This document shows, piece by piece, positions 52,561 through 64,000 of a stretch of DNA of 64,000 nucleotides (positions are counted from its first letter, which is position 1; the number at the start of each line of letters is the position of its first letter). The translations under genes were made by a program, and so were the position numbers. Where the stretch lies: assembly GCF_009914755.1 (NCBI RefSeq), contig NC_060941.1, one strand, 5' to 3'. Below the pieces are notes generated by a model. It was not told where the DNA came from. It made no database searches and worked only from the letters and a program-made list of their open reading frames with translations. The DNA comes from the human T2T-CHM13v2.0 reference genome, Homo sapiens.

Positions 52561-53199
52561 GCCTCAGTTTTTCCATCTGTACAATGAGAATCCTGGCAGA
52601 GACTGTCCTTTGAAACTCTTCTACTCTGACTGATACTGGAGGAGCCCACCTGGCCCACAGTAACTGTCAATAAACAAGCATGGGGCGGGGGGTGGACATC
52701 CTCCCTAGCCACTGCCAGGTGAGCCTGATGGTGCAGTCCTTCGAGATACCTGCTACAGTCCCAGTTCACCACACCCCCTACCCTGCAGGATGCTGGCACT
52801 GTTCCCTGCCCTGAGTCCAGATCCCAGAGCATAAACTGTTCCTGAAGGGAGACGGTCAGCCCAGGCCATCCAGGGACACAGCCCTCCTGCCTGTCGTTCC
52901 TGCCTGGCCCACCACAAACTCCCAAACACACACCCAGTTTGTGCTTCATGGCTTGGAGCCCAGTAAGAAGCACATTCTGAGACATCAAAAGGACAGAGGG
53001 TACAGTGAACACCAACTCGGTAGTCACCTCTAGGTACAAGGCTGATTCCCTAAGCTTCTGATCCCCTGTCTCTACCAGTGTGAGCTGACGTTCCACCCTC
53101 GGGCCCTGGATTTACTGCAAGGGGGGTCTGAGAGTTCAGATGCACCATAACTGTGTGTTCCTAACACAGATATGGGATGATTTTCCAAATGTATGTGGA

Positions 53200-53530
53200 G
53201 GACATTCTAGCTATTGCAATAAGACAAGAAAAAAGAAATGATTGGAAAGGAAGAAATAAAATTGTCTTCATTCCCAGATGACATGATTGTCTATGCAGAA
53301 AACAAAAAGTCTACAAAATCTATATTAAAAAAACTACCAGAACTAACAACTGAGTATAGCAGGATTGCAGGATACAAGATCGACATGCAAAAGTCAATTG
53401 CATTCCTAGATACAAGAAATGAACTGAAATTTGAAAATGATAACGCCCTTTAAAATAGCGCACACAAAATACTTAGGCATAAAGCAAATGTATATAAAAA
53501 TTTCTGTGATTCAAAAACTACAATCACTTA
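53200..53530 (+). mobile_element. L1 ORF2 RT fragment (degenerate)
   Basis: [15 protein letters not shown] resembles the L1 FADDMIVY motif; [15 protein letters not shown]. Confidence 0.88.
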
Positions 53531-54391
53531 AAATTATTCCTGAATTATATCAACTGTATGTTTTCTCAATCAACAGATACTAAAGGTATAAAATCTATCA
53601 TATCTACTACATTTGCATACTATGTGAATACGCTAGATTAATATACAGACATCCCTTGCTATCCCAGTCTTTTCCGTTCCTAAGAAGTAAGAATTTGGAT
53701 AGTCAGCAAAGTCCTATTATCCCCATCTGTTCAGCTCCTGAGTTTTAGATAGTAAGAAGCAAGAGTTTAAGTAGCAACAGAGTCAGCTGAGGATTTATCT
53801 GGATCCATTTGGCTCCTGAGTTTGAACAGCAAGAGCCCAGTGAGAGGCTCCTCTATGCGGTGGCCTCATACATGCACGGTTTAGATCCATCCGAGAACAA
53901 AGGCAGAGGCATTCTCTCTGATGACCTGTGCAGGGGTCCCAGCAGGAGGTCTGGGGCAGAGGGAAAGGCTGCAGGGAGGCCAGTCAGCTCCATTTGAGGG
54001 AGCAAGTTCTCCCAGCTACAGGTGAGCAGAAAAGGAAGGGGCTGGTAGGCATCAAAGGGGCCTCTCATTCCACAGACACTGTGTTGGGAACTGGGAACAC
54101 TGTGGGGAATGGACAGGATTGGGTGCTCGCAAAGCTTACATTCTGCAGGCGGGGAAGGAAAAGCCAGCCTCAGTCAAATAAACAACCCAGATAATTTCAG
54201 CCCAAAACCTCTCCCTTCCTACACTATGTCCTCCTTCCTCAAGTGTCTCTTATGTGATAATTACAGCCTAAAGAACAGACAGACTTGAATGTGTGGATCT
54301 GTACTTCCGTGGGGAGAAAATGGTTGGGGAAACTCAGCCTCAGACATCAAAAGAACTTTGTCACCTATTGTAGTTATAAATGCTGAACTAA

Positions 54392-54814
<423 letters not shown>

Positions 54815-55139
54815 CCGCCTTGGTTTTTAAATGTATACTGGATACCAGGTCTTCCCTCCCCTCCAGCAGGGGCTGCCCAACAAACTTCTGGAAAGGTGTT
54901 GGGGTGCAGGGAACCTCAGTTATATACCTGCAAAAACAGATATGTTAAGATGGAACATGGGAACTCTTCCCTGCATCTCTTCCTCCAGCATGCAGATTTT
55001 TTGGCAAACAACAAAGGTCGTATTTCCAACAAGGAGAAAAGCAATGGGCAGTGTCTCAGGAGGGGTTAGAGGGGAAGACCTTTGTGGAAAGGTGTCAGGC
55101 AAGCAGAGGCCTGAATAATAAGAAAACCCAGATATGCTA

Positions 55140-55142
<3 letters not shown>

Positions 55143-55178
<36 letters not shown>
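55143..55178. repeat. (GT)n microsatellite
   Basis: About 18 units. Confidence 0.95.
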
Positions 55179-55181
<3 letters not shown>

Positions 55182-56739
55182 CACATCTGCTTGTGCACAT
55201 ACATGTGTGGGATGGACTGGGCAAAATCCATGGATAAGAGCCTTCCTGGATGAAAGAACTGCAAGGGTAAATTCCCGTATGAGCTTGGTGTGTCCAAGGG
55301 GCAGAAAGAAATCCATGTGGCTGGGGCCAATGATTGAAGGGGGACAGGAATAGGGGAAATGGAGCCTGACCAGGTAGGGTAGGACCTGTCATGGACGGAA
55401 GCTTGGAACAGGTGAGTTTTAAGGCTCCTCCCACTGCCAAGCCTCTATCACCTGCAAACTTCAAGAGGAGGGGAATACAGATGCTGAAGAGTGTCAGAAA
55501 GTCTCCTGGGGGAGGGGACCACAAGTCAGATGTGCTAGAGGCCACCTAGGTTCCTGAGAGTCACAGCAGGTGGGCATGACGACCCCAGAACAGCAAGGGA
55601 AAGGCTCAGAAGCAGTGTCCTTGAGGTGGGTCCTTGCCCTACACTTCCCTGCATTTTCTGGGTCCAACACAAAGTCCCACACAGAAGAGGGCCAGGAAGT
55701 GTTTGACAAACAAGTAAATGAATAAAAATGATTTGCTTGGTGAGTGCGGCATGCCAGGCAGTCTGCTAGCTGCTTTTCAGACATTAGCTAAAGTCATCCT
55801 AACCAAGCCTAGCAAAGTAGACATACTGAATCCCCACCTTACAGCTAAGAAAACAGAGCCTCAGGGATGTTTCAGGAAGGCGTTTGCTCTGCGGAAGAGA
55901 TCAGGGCGGGGGACCTCAGTCTCCTCCTCTCTCCATTGCCCGCTCTCTTGGAAATAGCAACCCTTCTACCTGTTTCTGGCCAGCTGGGCAAGGGGCCAGA
56001 GGCCTGCCCCTGGCTCCTCATGGGGGCCCTAGCCCTGGGGGGCTCAGCTGTCCCAGTTCTAGAACCATCTGCCCATCAGGTCTACAAATCAGTGTCTGGG
56101 TATCTTTGTGTCTGTGGGAAAAATCTAAATGGATGTCTACATTCCTGCGTAGAGGTGTCTAGTGTTACACGAGCATCTGTCCCTGTGTCTGCTTGGCTGT
56201 TGTGTGTGTGTCTACATTCCTTGGGGAGTGTGAGCTTACCCACTTGCCAGCCCCCTTCCTAATATTGTTCCTAAGAATCATGCATGCATGCACACTCCCA
56301 TAATTCTCTCCCTCTCTCCCTCACACACAAAGTAAATCAGCTCCAGCCATGGGTGAAAATTTAGCAGAGGTTAGAACACGGGCTTTGGAACAACACAAAT
56401 CTGGGTGCAGTGTTACCACTGGCTAATCTAGGACCTGAAGCAAGTTAACTTCACTGAGCCTCACTTTTCTCATCCGGAAAATGAGCATCATAATCCTTAC
56501 CCCACTGTTAGGAGATTTAAATGACATCAGCCCCCAGAGCGTCTAGCCCACTGCCTGGCACTTGGAAATGGTGGCCTTGTCAGCGACAGGACCAAGGATT
56601 GAGGCAGGGTAAGCCCACCTGAGGGGCTTCCAGGCAGCTGCCAGGGGCCCTCCCCAAGGCCTCAGAGCTCTATCTGTGTCCTCCAAGGCCCAGCCCACCT
56701 CCTCCTGAAGACCCTCCTTCCATCCACCTTCACTACCAC

Positions 56740-56886
56740 ATTTATTTATTTTTATTTTTTGTTTTTTAATTGAGACAGGGTCTTGCCATGTTGCCCAGGC
56801 TGGTCTCAGACTCCTGAGCTCAAGCGATCTGCTCACCTCAGTCTCCCAAAGTGCTGGGATTACAGGCGTGAGCCACCACACCCAGA
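56740..56886 (-). mobile_element. Alu left monomer (FLAM-like)
   Basis: Single arm; TSD-like acatttatt. Confidence 0.85.
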
Positions 56887-57896
56887 CCTACATTTATTTA
56901 AAATGTTAAGTCAGGATGAAAGAGAAGGGGAATATCCCAACTCTTCTTCTAGCAATTTAGAGAGAAACAAATGACCCTTCACCCCAGCAATGCCAGCACA
57001 GCTCCGAGCTGGGCCGCTCAGTGGGAGGGGCTGCTGGAAGCCATCCCCACTCCCTCTCCTGGCCCCGATACCCACCACCTCAGGTCCAGGGTGGTCTCCT
57101 GGACCTTGTCATGGGCCTGGGTCTCCCTAGCATGGGTGCAGCCAAAGACTCTGCTCAGATCGTCAGCTCCTCCTGGCCATCTTTCCCACTCAGGGACATA
57201 GGACTAGGTGGACAGAGAGACAGACAGGCAGACAGATGGACAGGCGTCTCCTATGTGTGTTCTGCTCTATATCAGGGACCCCAAGGCAGCCCCAGCCCCA
57301 GGGGCAGAGTCCTCAGGCGAAGGGAGATGCCTCCCCCATGCTCAGGAGCCCTGTCTGAGGGGAAGACATTTCACAGTGAGGAACGCCCTGACCGTAAGAT
57401 GCAGAACAAAGGTATTGGCCGATGCTTACTGGGCCAGACCTTGGGCCAGATGGTGCCAGGAAGGAAGGAGTAGGGGGCAGAGCTGAACTGGAACAGTCCC
57501 TGCCCTCAGAAATGCCAGCCCTGGGGGCACAGCCCTACACTGCTTCCTGCACAGAGCACAGGAGGAACAGAGGAGCAGACGTCCTGGCCCGTGTGAAATT
57601 CCACACCCACCATGTCTGTCCCGCGGCAAGTGGAAATGGTCCTCCCAGAAGCAGGGACTGGCTAGGGTACCCAGAGGGTTTCCGGGGGAGGGGAAGCCAA
57701 GATGAGCCTCCAAGGAAGGGGTGGGCAGGGTTGGCCAGGCTGGGGCAGGTGGGAGGAAGGGAGAGACACAGGCCAAAACAATCGAGCCCTTTCCAAGGAA
57801 AGCTGGATCTAGAACTTTCTCCTCAAGGGTAAGGAGCATCGGGGCAAAGGAGGGCACATGGGTGTCTGCTGGCAGCTGTGACTCCAGGGACATTCA

Positions 57897-58420
<524 letters not shown>

Positions 58421-58481
58421 AGAAAAGGAGAGGAGCCAAGAGTGAGAGCAGTGCCTGGCTGCAGGGCTGAGGCTCATTTGA

Positions 58482-58487
<6 letters not shown>

Positions 58488-58552
<65 letters not shown>

Positions 58553-58572
58553 TACACACATACACATACACG
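58488..58572. repeat. Compound (CT)n(CA)n microsatellite
   Basis: Seen directly. Confidence 0.95.
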
Positions 58573-58939
58573 AGAACAGCAGGTTCTACAAGCACAAGCA
58601 TCAGGGTCTAACTCCTGGCGGCTGATGCAGCTGAAAATAATCAGGCCTTGGGATGTCCCATGGGCAGTGGGAGCCCCGTAGACACATAGAGCCCAGAGCA
58701 CACATGTGGCTCATGCAGCCACACACGCACACACACACGCACACATGCACTTAGAATCACACTTCAGTGCTCTCAGCTCTGCCTTGGGGTCCCTGGGGTC
58801 CAAACGCAGAATGTGGAGTGCAGTGCTTCCTACAGCCTGGCCGAGGCTCCTGCGGACAGGCAGGTGACTGTCAAGCCCCGCCTCCTCCGTGCCTCCTCCT
58901 CCCTCGAGGAAACCACCATCCCGCTCCCACCTGACTGCT

Positions 58940-59120
58940 TCCAGCCCCAGTTCTGCCACTTACCAATTCGTGATCTTACTAAATGACAGGAAACCCTTCT
59001 GTGCCTCAGTCTCCTGCTCTGTAAAACGGGGAGGATAATCATGCTTACATAGTGTCGCAGTGAGGATTACATGAACAAACATTTCAAAACGGTTTAGCAG
59101 AGTGCCTGAGACTCCATCAG
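58940..59120. mobile_element. MIR
   Basis: ctgtgcctcagtctcctgctctgtaaaacgggaggataat. Confidence 0.75.
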
Positions 59121-60579
59121 TGCTATAAAAGGGCGTGTTAAATAAAATAATAAATTGTGATTCTCCAAGAGCTTTTCTTTGGTTCTTTCATCCGTGGCAA
59201 CTTCCAAGGGCAGACCCCTCTCCTTCTTCTCGGGCCCCTGGAATGGGAGCCTCGCCACTCCCCAAAGGCTGGAAATGCTTGCCCCTGCCCACGCTCGTGA
59301 GGCCAATCCCCCTCTCCTCCCTCCCATCGCAGGTCCCTGGGGCTTGCCTTGTCTGCTCCCTAAACTTGAACTACTGCAGGCCAGGACCTGCTCTCCCATC
59401 CCAGCCTCTCCTTCCAGCAGCCTGGGCTTCAGCAGCACATTGCCACCAGTAGAGCCTTCACACCACGCTCCTCTTCCTCTCCAGGCCTTTCCTCCTGCAG
59501 GTCCTGATGCCTGAAACGTCTTCTATCTCCCCATCCCACCCCCAATTCCTATTGATGCTTGAAGCATCAGCTGGAAGTCTTTCTTGGCCCCTGAGGCCAG
59601 CCCGGTGCCTGTCTCCTTGTGTGTCCTTCATGTGCAGCACCTGTGTCCCTCAGAGTCCCTATTTACAGACTGGGTCCAGGCCTGCCTGCCCCATTGGGCT
59701 GTGGGTTCCCCCTGAGCAGACACCTGGTAGGAATCCTCTCCAGGCTCCTATCCTGTGCCAGGTCAGGGCTGGGCACACAGAAGGCTCTTGTCAGGCTCAG
59801 TGTGGCCCAGCAGAGGGGAGATCTTAGCAAGGCCCCCTCTCAGGGGAGCATCCCCGAGGGAATGTCCTCAGGCTTCCTCTCTGGATCAGGGTGAATTTGG
59901 AGACCAGACCAGTCCAGGGCCAGCCAGCCTATCCTCAGCCTTGAAGGGGGGCTGTCCAGGGAGAGATGAGAGGCCAGGAGAAGCTGCTTCCAGAAAAAGG
60001 CATTATTGAAGGAAACCAGTACTGGTTGGGGGTTGGTTGCTATAGAAACATGTCCTAACTATCTCCCAAACTGCTATATGTGCCACCGATGAGCTCATGT
60101 GCTCGTCTGTTTCAGGGGACACGCCAGGAGCCCTGGAAGGGCCTATCTGCCCGAGTACGCTGCATCTGAAGCCAACATCCTGGAGAACCCCGGAAGAAAT
60201 CCAGCTTCCAGGGCAACCAGAGGGGATCATCCATCCATCGGTAATGCACTTAAAGACTGAGGCTGACTTCAGATTGCAGAACTGTCCTGAGAACAGCTCA
60301 GGTCTGAGACTAGCCGTGGCCCAAACCTCAACCTCAACCATGGCCTCAACTTTCAGTTTGGCCATAGACCGAGTTACAACCATGGCCACAGGCCAGGCCA
60401 CAACTCCTGTCTCAAACCACACCACGAACCTGACCACAGACCCAGCTTGACTCAGTCACAGAGCAACAACACTGCTAGCCAAAGACTAAGCCCTGACCCT
60501 GGCCACACAATGGCACCCAGCACAATCAAGGGCTTGTATCAAATAACTTGAAGGATATGTTCACTCTAAAGTCTGTACA

Positions 60580-60881
60580 GGGCAGCTGTGGTGGCTCACG
60601 CCCGTAATCCCAGCACTTTGGGAGGCGGAGGCAGGTGGATCACCTGAAATCAGGAGTTGCAGACCAAGCTGGCCAACAGGGCGAAACCCCATCTCTACTA
60701 AAAAATACAAAAATTAGCCAGGCATGGTGGCACATGCCTGTAATCCCAGCTACTCGGGAGGCTGAGGCAGGGAGAACTGCTTGAACCCGGGAGGTGGATG
60801 TTGCAGTGAGCTGAGATCGTGCCATTGCACTCCAGCCTGGGTGACAGAGCAAGACTCCGTCTCAAAAAAAAAAAAGAAAAA
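60580..60881 (+). mobile_element. AluS
   Basis: TSD aaagtctgtacag. Confidence 0.95.
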
Positions 60882-61579
60882 AGTCTGTACAGCATTGCAT
60901 CCGGTTGCCTGGGATTTCCACAGCCTCTGCTGCCTGTCGTCTTCACGATAGCCCAGGGAGGTCAGTAAGAAAGGACTCACGATTCTTGTTGACAGATGAG
61001 AAAACTGAAGCTCAGAGGAGAAAACTGATGTGCCTCCTGTCATGCCGCCTGTTTCTAGGGGTAAGGGGAGTCTCCAAGCAGGGCACAGTTGGCCAAACCA
61101 GTTGCTTTGGGGAAAATGTGCTTTTTGAAGACCTGCTGGTATGTCATAAATATGCCATTTAAATACCCATTAATTACCTTATTTAGGAGATAATTAGTGA
61201 TTAATAGCTTTGGCTATCTATTGTACTTTCATTTGCTCTGCCAATTAGGCTCCCAACAGTTCTGAATTATTTGGAACAATTCTCCCAAGGCCCAGCTGTC
61301 CCCCCTATGTCCCGCCAGACTCTTGTTCCATAAGGAGGAGGCTCTCTCCTCCCTCTAAAACGAGTTCCCCGTAGCACCTGCCACTGTGCCACAACAGGCT
61401 CTGCCACCTGCAGGCTCCCCAGGAGGGCAGCCCGAAAGACAGGACAGCAGGAGGCATTCCTTCTGCTCATGGCAGGACCCCCTTGCAGAGAGCTGAGAAT
61501 AGGGGCTCAAGGTCCAGGCACCTACCCAGGCAACGGGAGGCCAGGTTGGAATCAGACTCCTCAAAGGACGCTGGGGTCT

Positions 61580-61580
61580 C

Positions 61581-61611
<31 letters not shown>

Positions 61612-61883
61612 GACAGAGTTTCACTCTTGTTGCCTAGGCTGGAGTGCAATGCCACGATCTCGGCTCACTGCAACCTCCGCCTCCCAGGTTCTCTCCTGCC
61701 TCAGCCTCCCAAGTAGCTGGGATTACAGGCATGCACCACCATGCCCGGCTAATTTTGTATTTTTAGTAGAGACGGGGTTTCTCCATGTTGGTCAGGCTGG
61801 TCTCAAACTCCCAACCTCAGGTGATCCACCTGCCTCGGCCTCCCAAAGTGCTGGGATTACAGGCGTGAGCCACCACGCCCGGC
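61580..61883 (-). mobile_element. AluS
   Basis: TSD gctggggtctctt. Confidence 0.95.
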
Positions 61884-64000
61884 TGGGGTCTCTTTCAAAG
61901 ACCACCACCTCAATGAAACGACCAGCTTTTTGGGAAGTGCATCAAAGGCTGCCATTAGCCTGGAGCAAACAGTAGGAGGGTAGCAGCTCCCCACCCCACT
62001 CCATGCCAGCAAGAGCCAATGTGACCCCCTGCAGGTGATCCGACTCATACCACCTGCCACTGCTGGACTGCAACTGAGCAAAGATGGGACCCAAGGTTGC
62101 CTCTGCCCCCAGGCCCCTCCATTTGGTGCCAAAGCACAGTGCCAGGAATTGCCAGCCAAAGCCCCAGAGGCGGAGCTCTCATCACTGCTCCAGATTATAC
62201 TATATAAGAAGGAAACACAGAGGCTGCGAGGGGTAAACACACACACACACCCGAACTGGGCAGTAATGGGAAAGCTGAAAATAGCTCTTTTTACCACAAG
62301 GGATGACTCTAGAGTTGCTCGGCTGGGACTAGCCTCACGGGGGGCAGGAAGTAGGAGCAAGGGGAAGAGAAGGAACCCACAGGGGCGACATCAGGGCCAA
62401 AAGGAGTTCTGTTGAGGGTAGTAATCTGGATCAACCCAGAACAATCAGAAAAGGTCAATGGTGCATGAGTGACAGGCAGCCACAGACACTCAGACTCTCT
62501 GAAAGACAGACTCTAGAACAAGTGAAAGCCTTCCAGCTGTCAGCCCCGAGAGCTCACAGTCCCACATCCTGCACACCTAGGTCTCTCCCCAAGGAGGGCA
62601 GGAGTGCAGGACGTGACGTGCTCTGCAAATACCCAGAGCCAGGCAAACACGGTGTCAGCAGCAGACAGCTCAGAAGAGGCCTCTCAGATCCACCAGAACT
62701 CAACGCCCCTCCCAGACAGAGCCCAACGCGTTTCTATTTTTGCTTTCAACCCTTGTTTGGCATCCCTGCTACCAGCTAACAGACGGTTACTTCCCCTCCT
62801 TCCAGAAGAATGGGTCATCTGGGAAGAGGAACACCTCCTCTCTGGCCTCCCATGTCCCAGGTCTTCTAATAAACAGGCTGACCCTCCCAAAGAGAGATGA
62901 GGCTCCCAACACCCCCAGGAACCTTCCCCTGGTAGGTGGTTCACTCCAAGCTGTCCTGCTCACCAGCCCTGGAGAAGAGCTTCTCCAGGACACCTAGAGA
63001 GAGCAGCTTCACAAAACCTGAGACTCCTGCTTTCCAGAGGCAGATGCAACCCCCCGCAGCCCCTTGCCAGCCCTGGCCACACGGACTACACCCCATGGAG
63101 CCCCAAATTCACTCACACTGTGCCAACTCCAGCCACAGACTGAACCCCAACATGCCACACTCTGCACCCCATCTCTAGCCTCAAATCAAGCACTGACAGT
63201 GACCACACAGGCTTCCAGCCTGGCCCAATCTGGGCTGTGGCCCCATGAACGTGTGAGCCTCACAAATCCAGCCCTAGGAGAGCCTGGAGGAAGCAGGTTG
63301 GCTGTGTGGGGCCCCAGTGCTGGGACCCAGCTCCCACCCCAGAGTCATGGACAGAGGAGGCTTCTGCCCCCTGTCTACCCTTGCCACACATGCACCCTGT
63401 GGGGGCTGGTGGCCACACAGCTGTGCAGGCCTCCACAGGCACACGTGGGACCCTGGAGGTGGCATTTACCTCCGGAGTGACTCACTAAGCCTCCTATTCC
63501 ATTTGCAAAAGGGGGTGCAATTTAGCATTTTCTTTCTCTTTAGAAAACAGGAATTTTAAAAGAGAGAGAGTGGAGAGAGATTTGAGGGAGTGGGTGGGGA
63601 GCTCAGATCTCATTTGATTTCCAAACTCATTTGTTATGCATTCTCTCCTCCCCCCTCCCACACCGAGCCCTTCCCCTGGGGACCCTGGCCACCCCCTTCC
63701 GGGCTCCTGGCTGCAGACCTGGTGATGGCCTGCCAGGAGGCACGTGCTCTCCACGTCCACGTCCTCAGCTCCCCATGGAATGACTGACCCTCAAGTCTGG
63801 GAGGATCAATGCAAGGTCAGAGTTGAGAGGGGGCAAGGCCTCTTCAGGACACAGTAAAACCCACAGCCAGGGAGGCTCTCTCCAAAAAGGAGAGAGCAGT
63901 GTTGGAGCTGGAAAGAGCCTGAAGCTCATCCTGACCCTCAAACTCTTCCCTTTCACTTTTACAGATAAGGAAACTGAGGCCCAAAGAGGGCAGTTCAAGG

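Noticed and set aside
60003-60450. Thr-rich, mucin-like ORFs on both strands
   Set aside because: Explained by decayed hexamer periodicity; no splice or homology support

Overview
Human (or great-ape) GC-rich genomic DNA lying entirely inside PITPNM3 (Nir1/RdgB-alpha III), which is transcribed on the minus strand. I recognise three short coding exons by translation and GT-AG boundaries: exon 2 (51843-51938, FFAT motif EFFDAR|E), exon 3 (39217-39324) and exon 4 (17538-17585). Exons 1 and 5+ fall outside the window. The rest is intron: about 30 Alus, old L1M fragments, MIR/L2, ERVL/MaLR LTRs, hAT MITEs, microsatellites and one G-rich VNTR. The most unusual signal is a set of five locally templated insertions (33-225 bp; three direct, two inverted), several with stuttered junctions. 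In all five the inferred donor lies 0.6-4.7 kb to the right, i.e. transcriptionally upstream. One copied the exon-2 splice acceptor into an Alu in intron 2, giving a candidate poison or terminal exon. Two create long non-Alu RNA stems either side of exon 4. The last FFAT residue is split across the exon 2/3 junction, so skipping exon 3 turns EFFDARE into EFFDARG. Repeat boundaries and subfamily names were judged by eye and are approximate.
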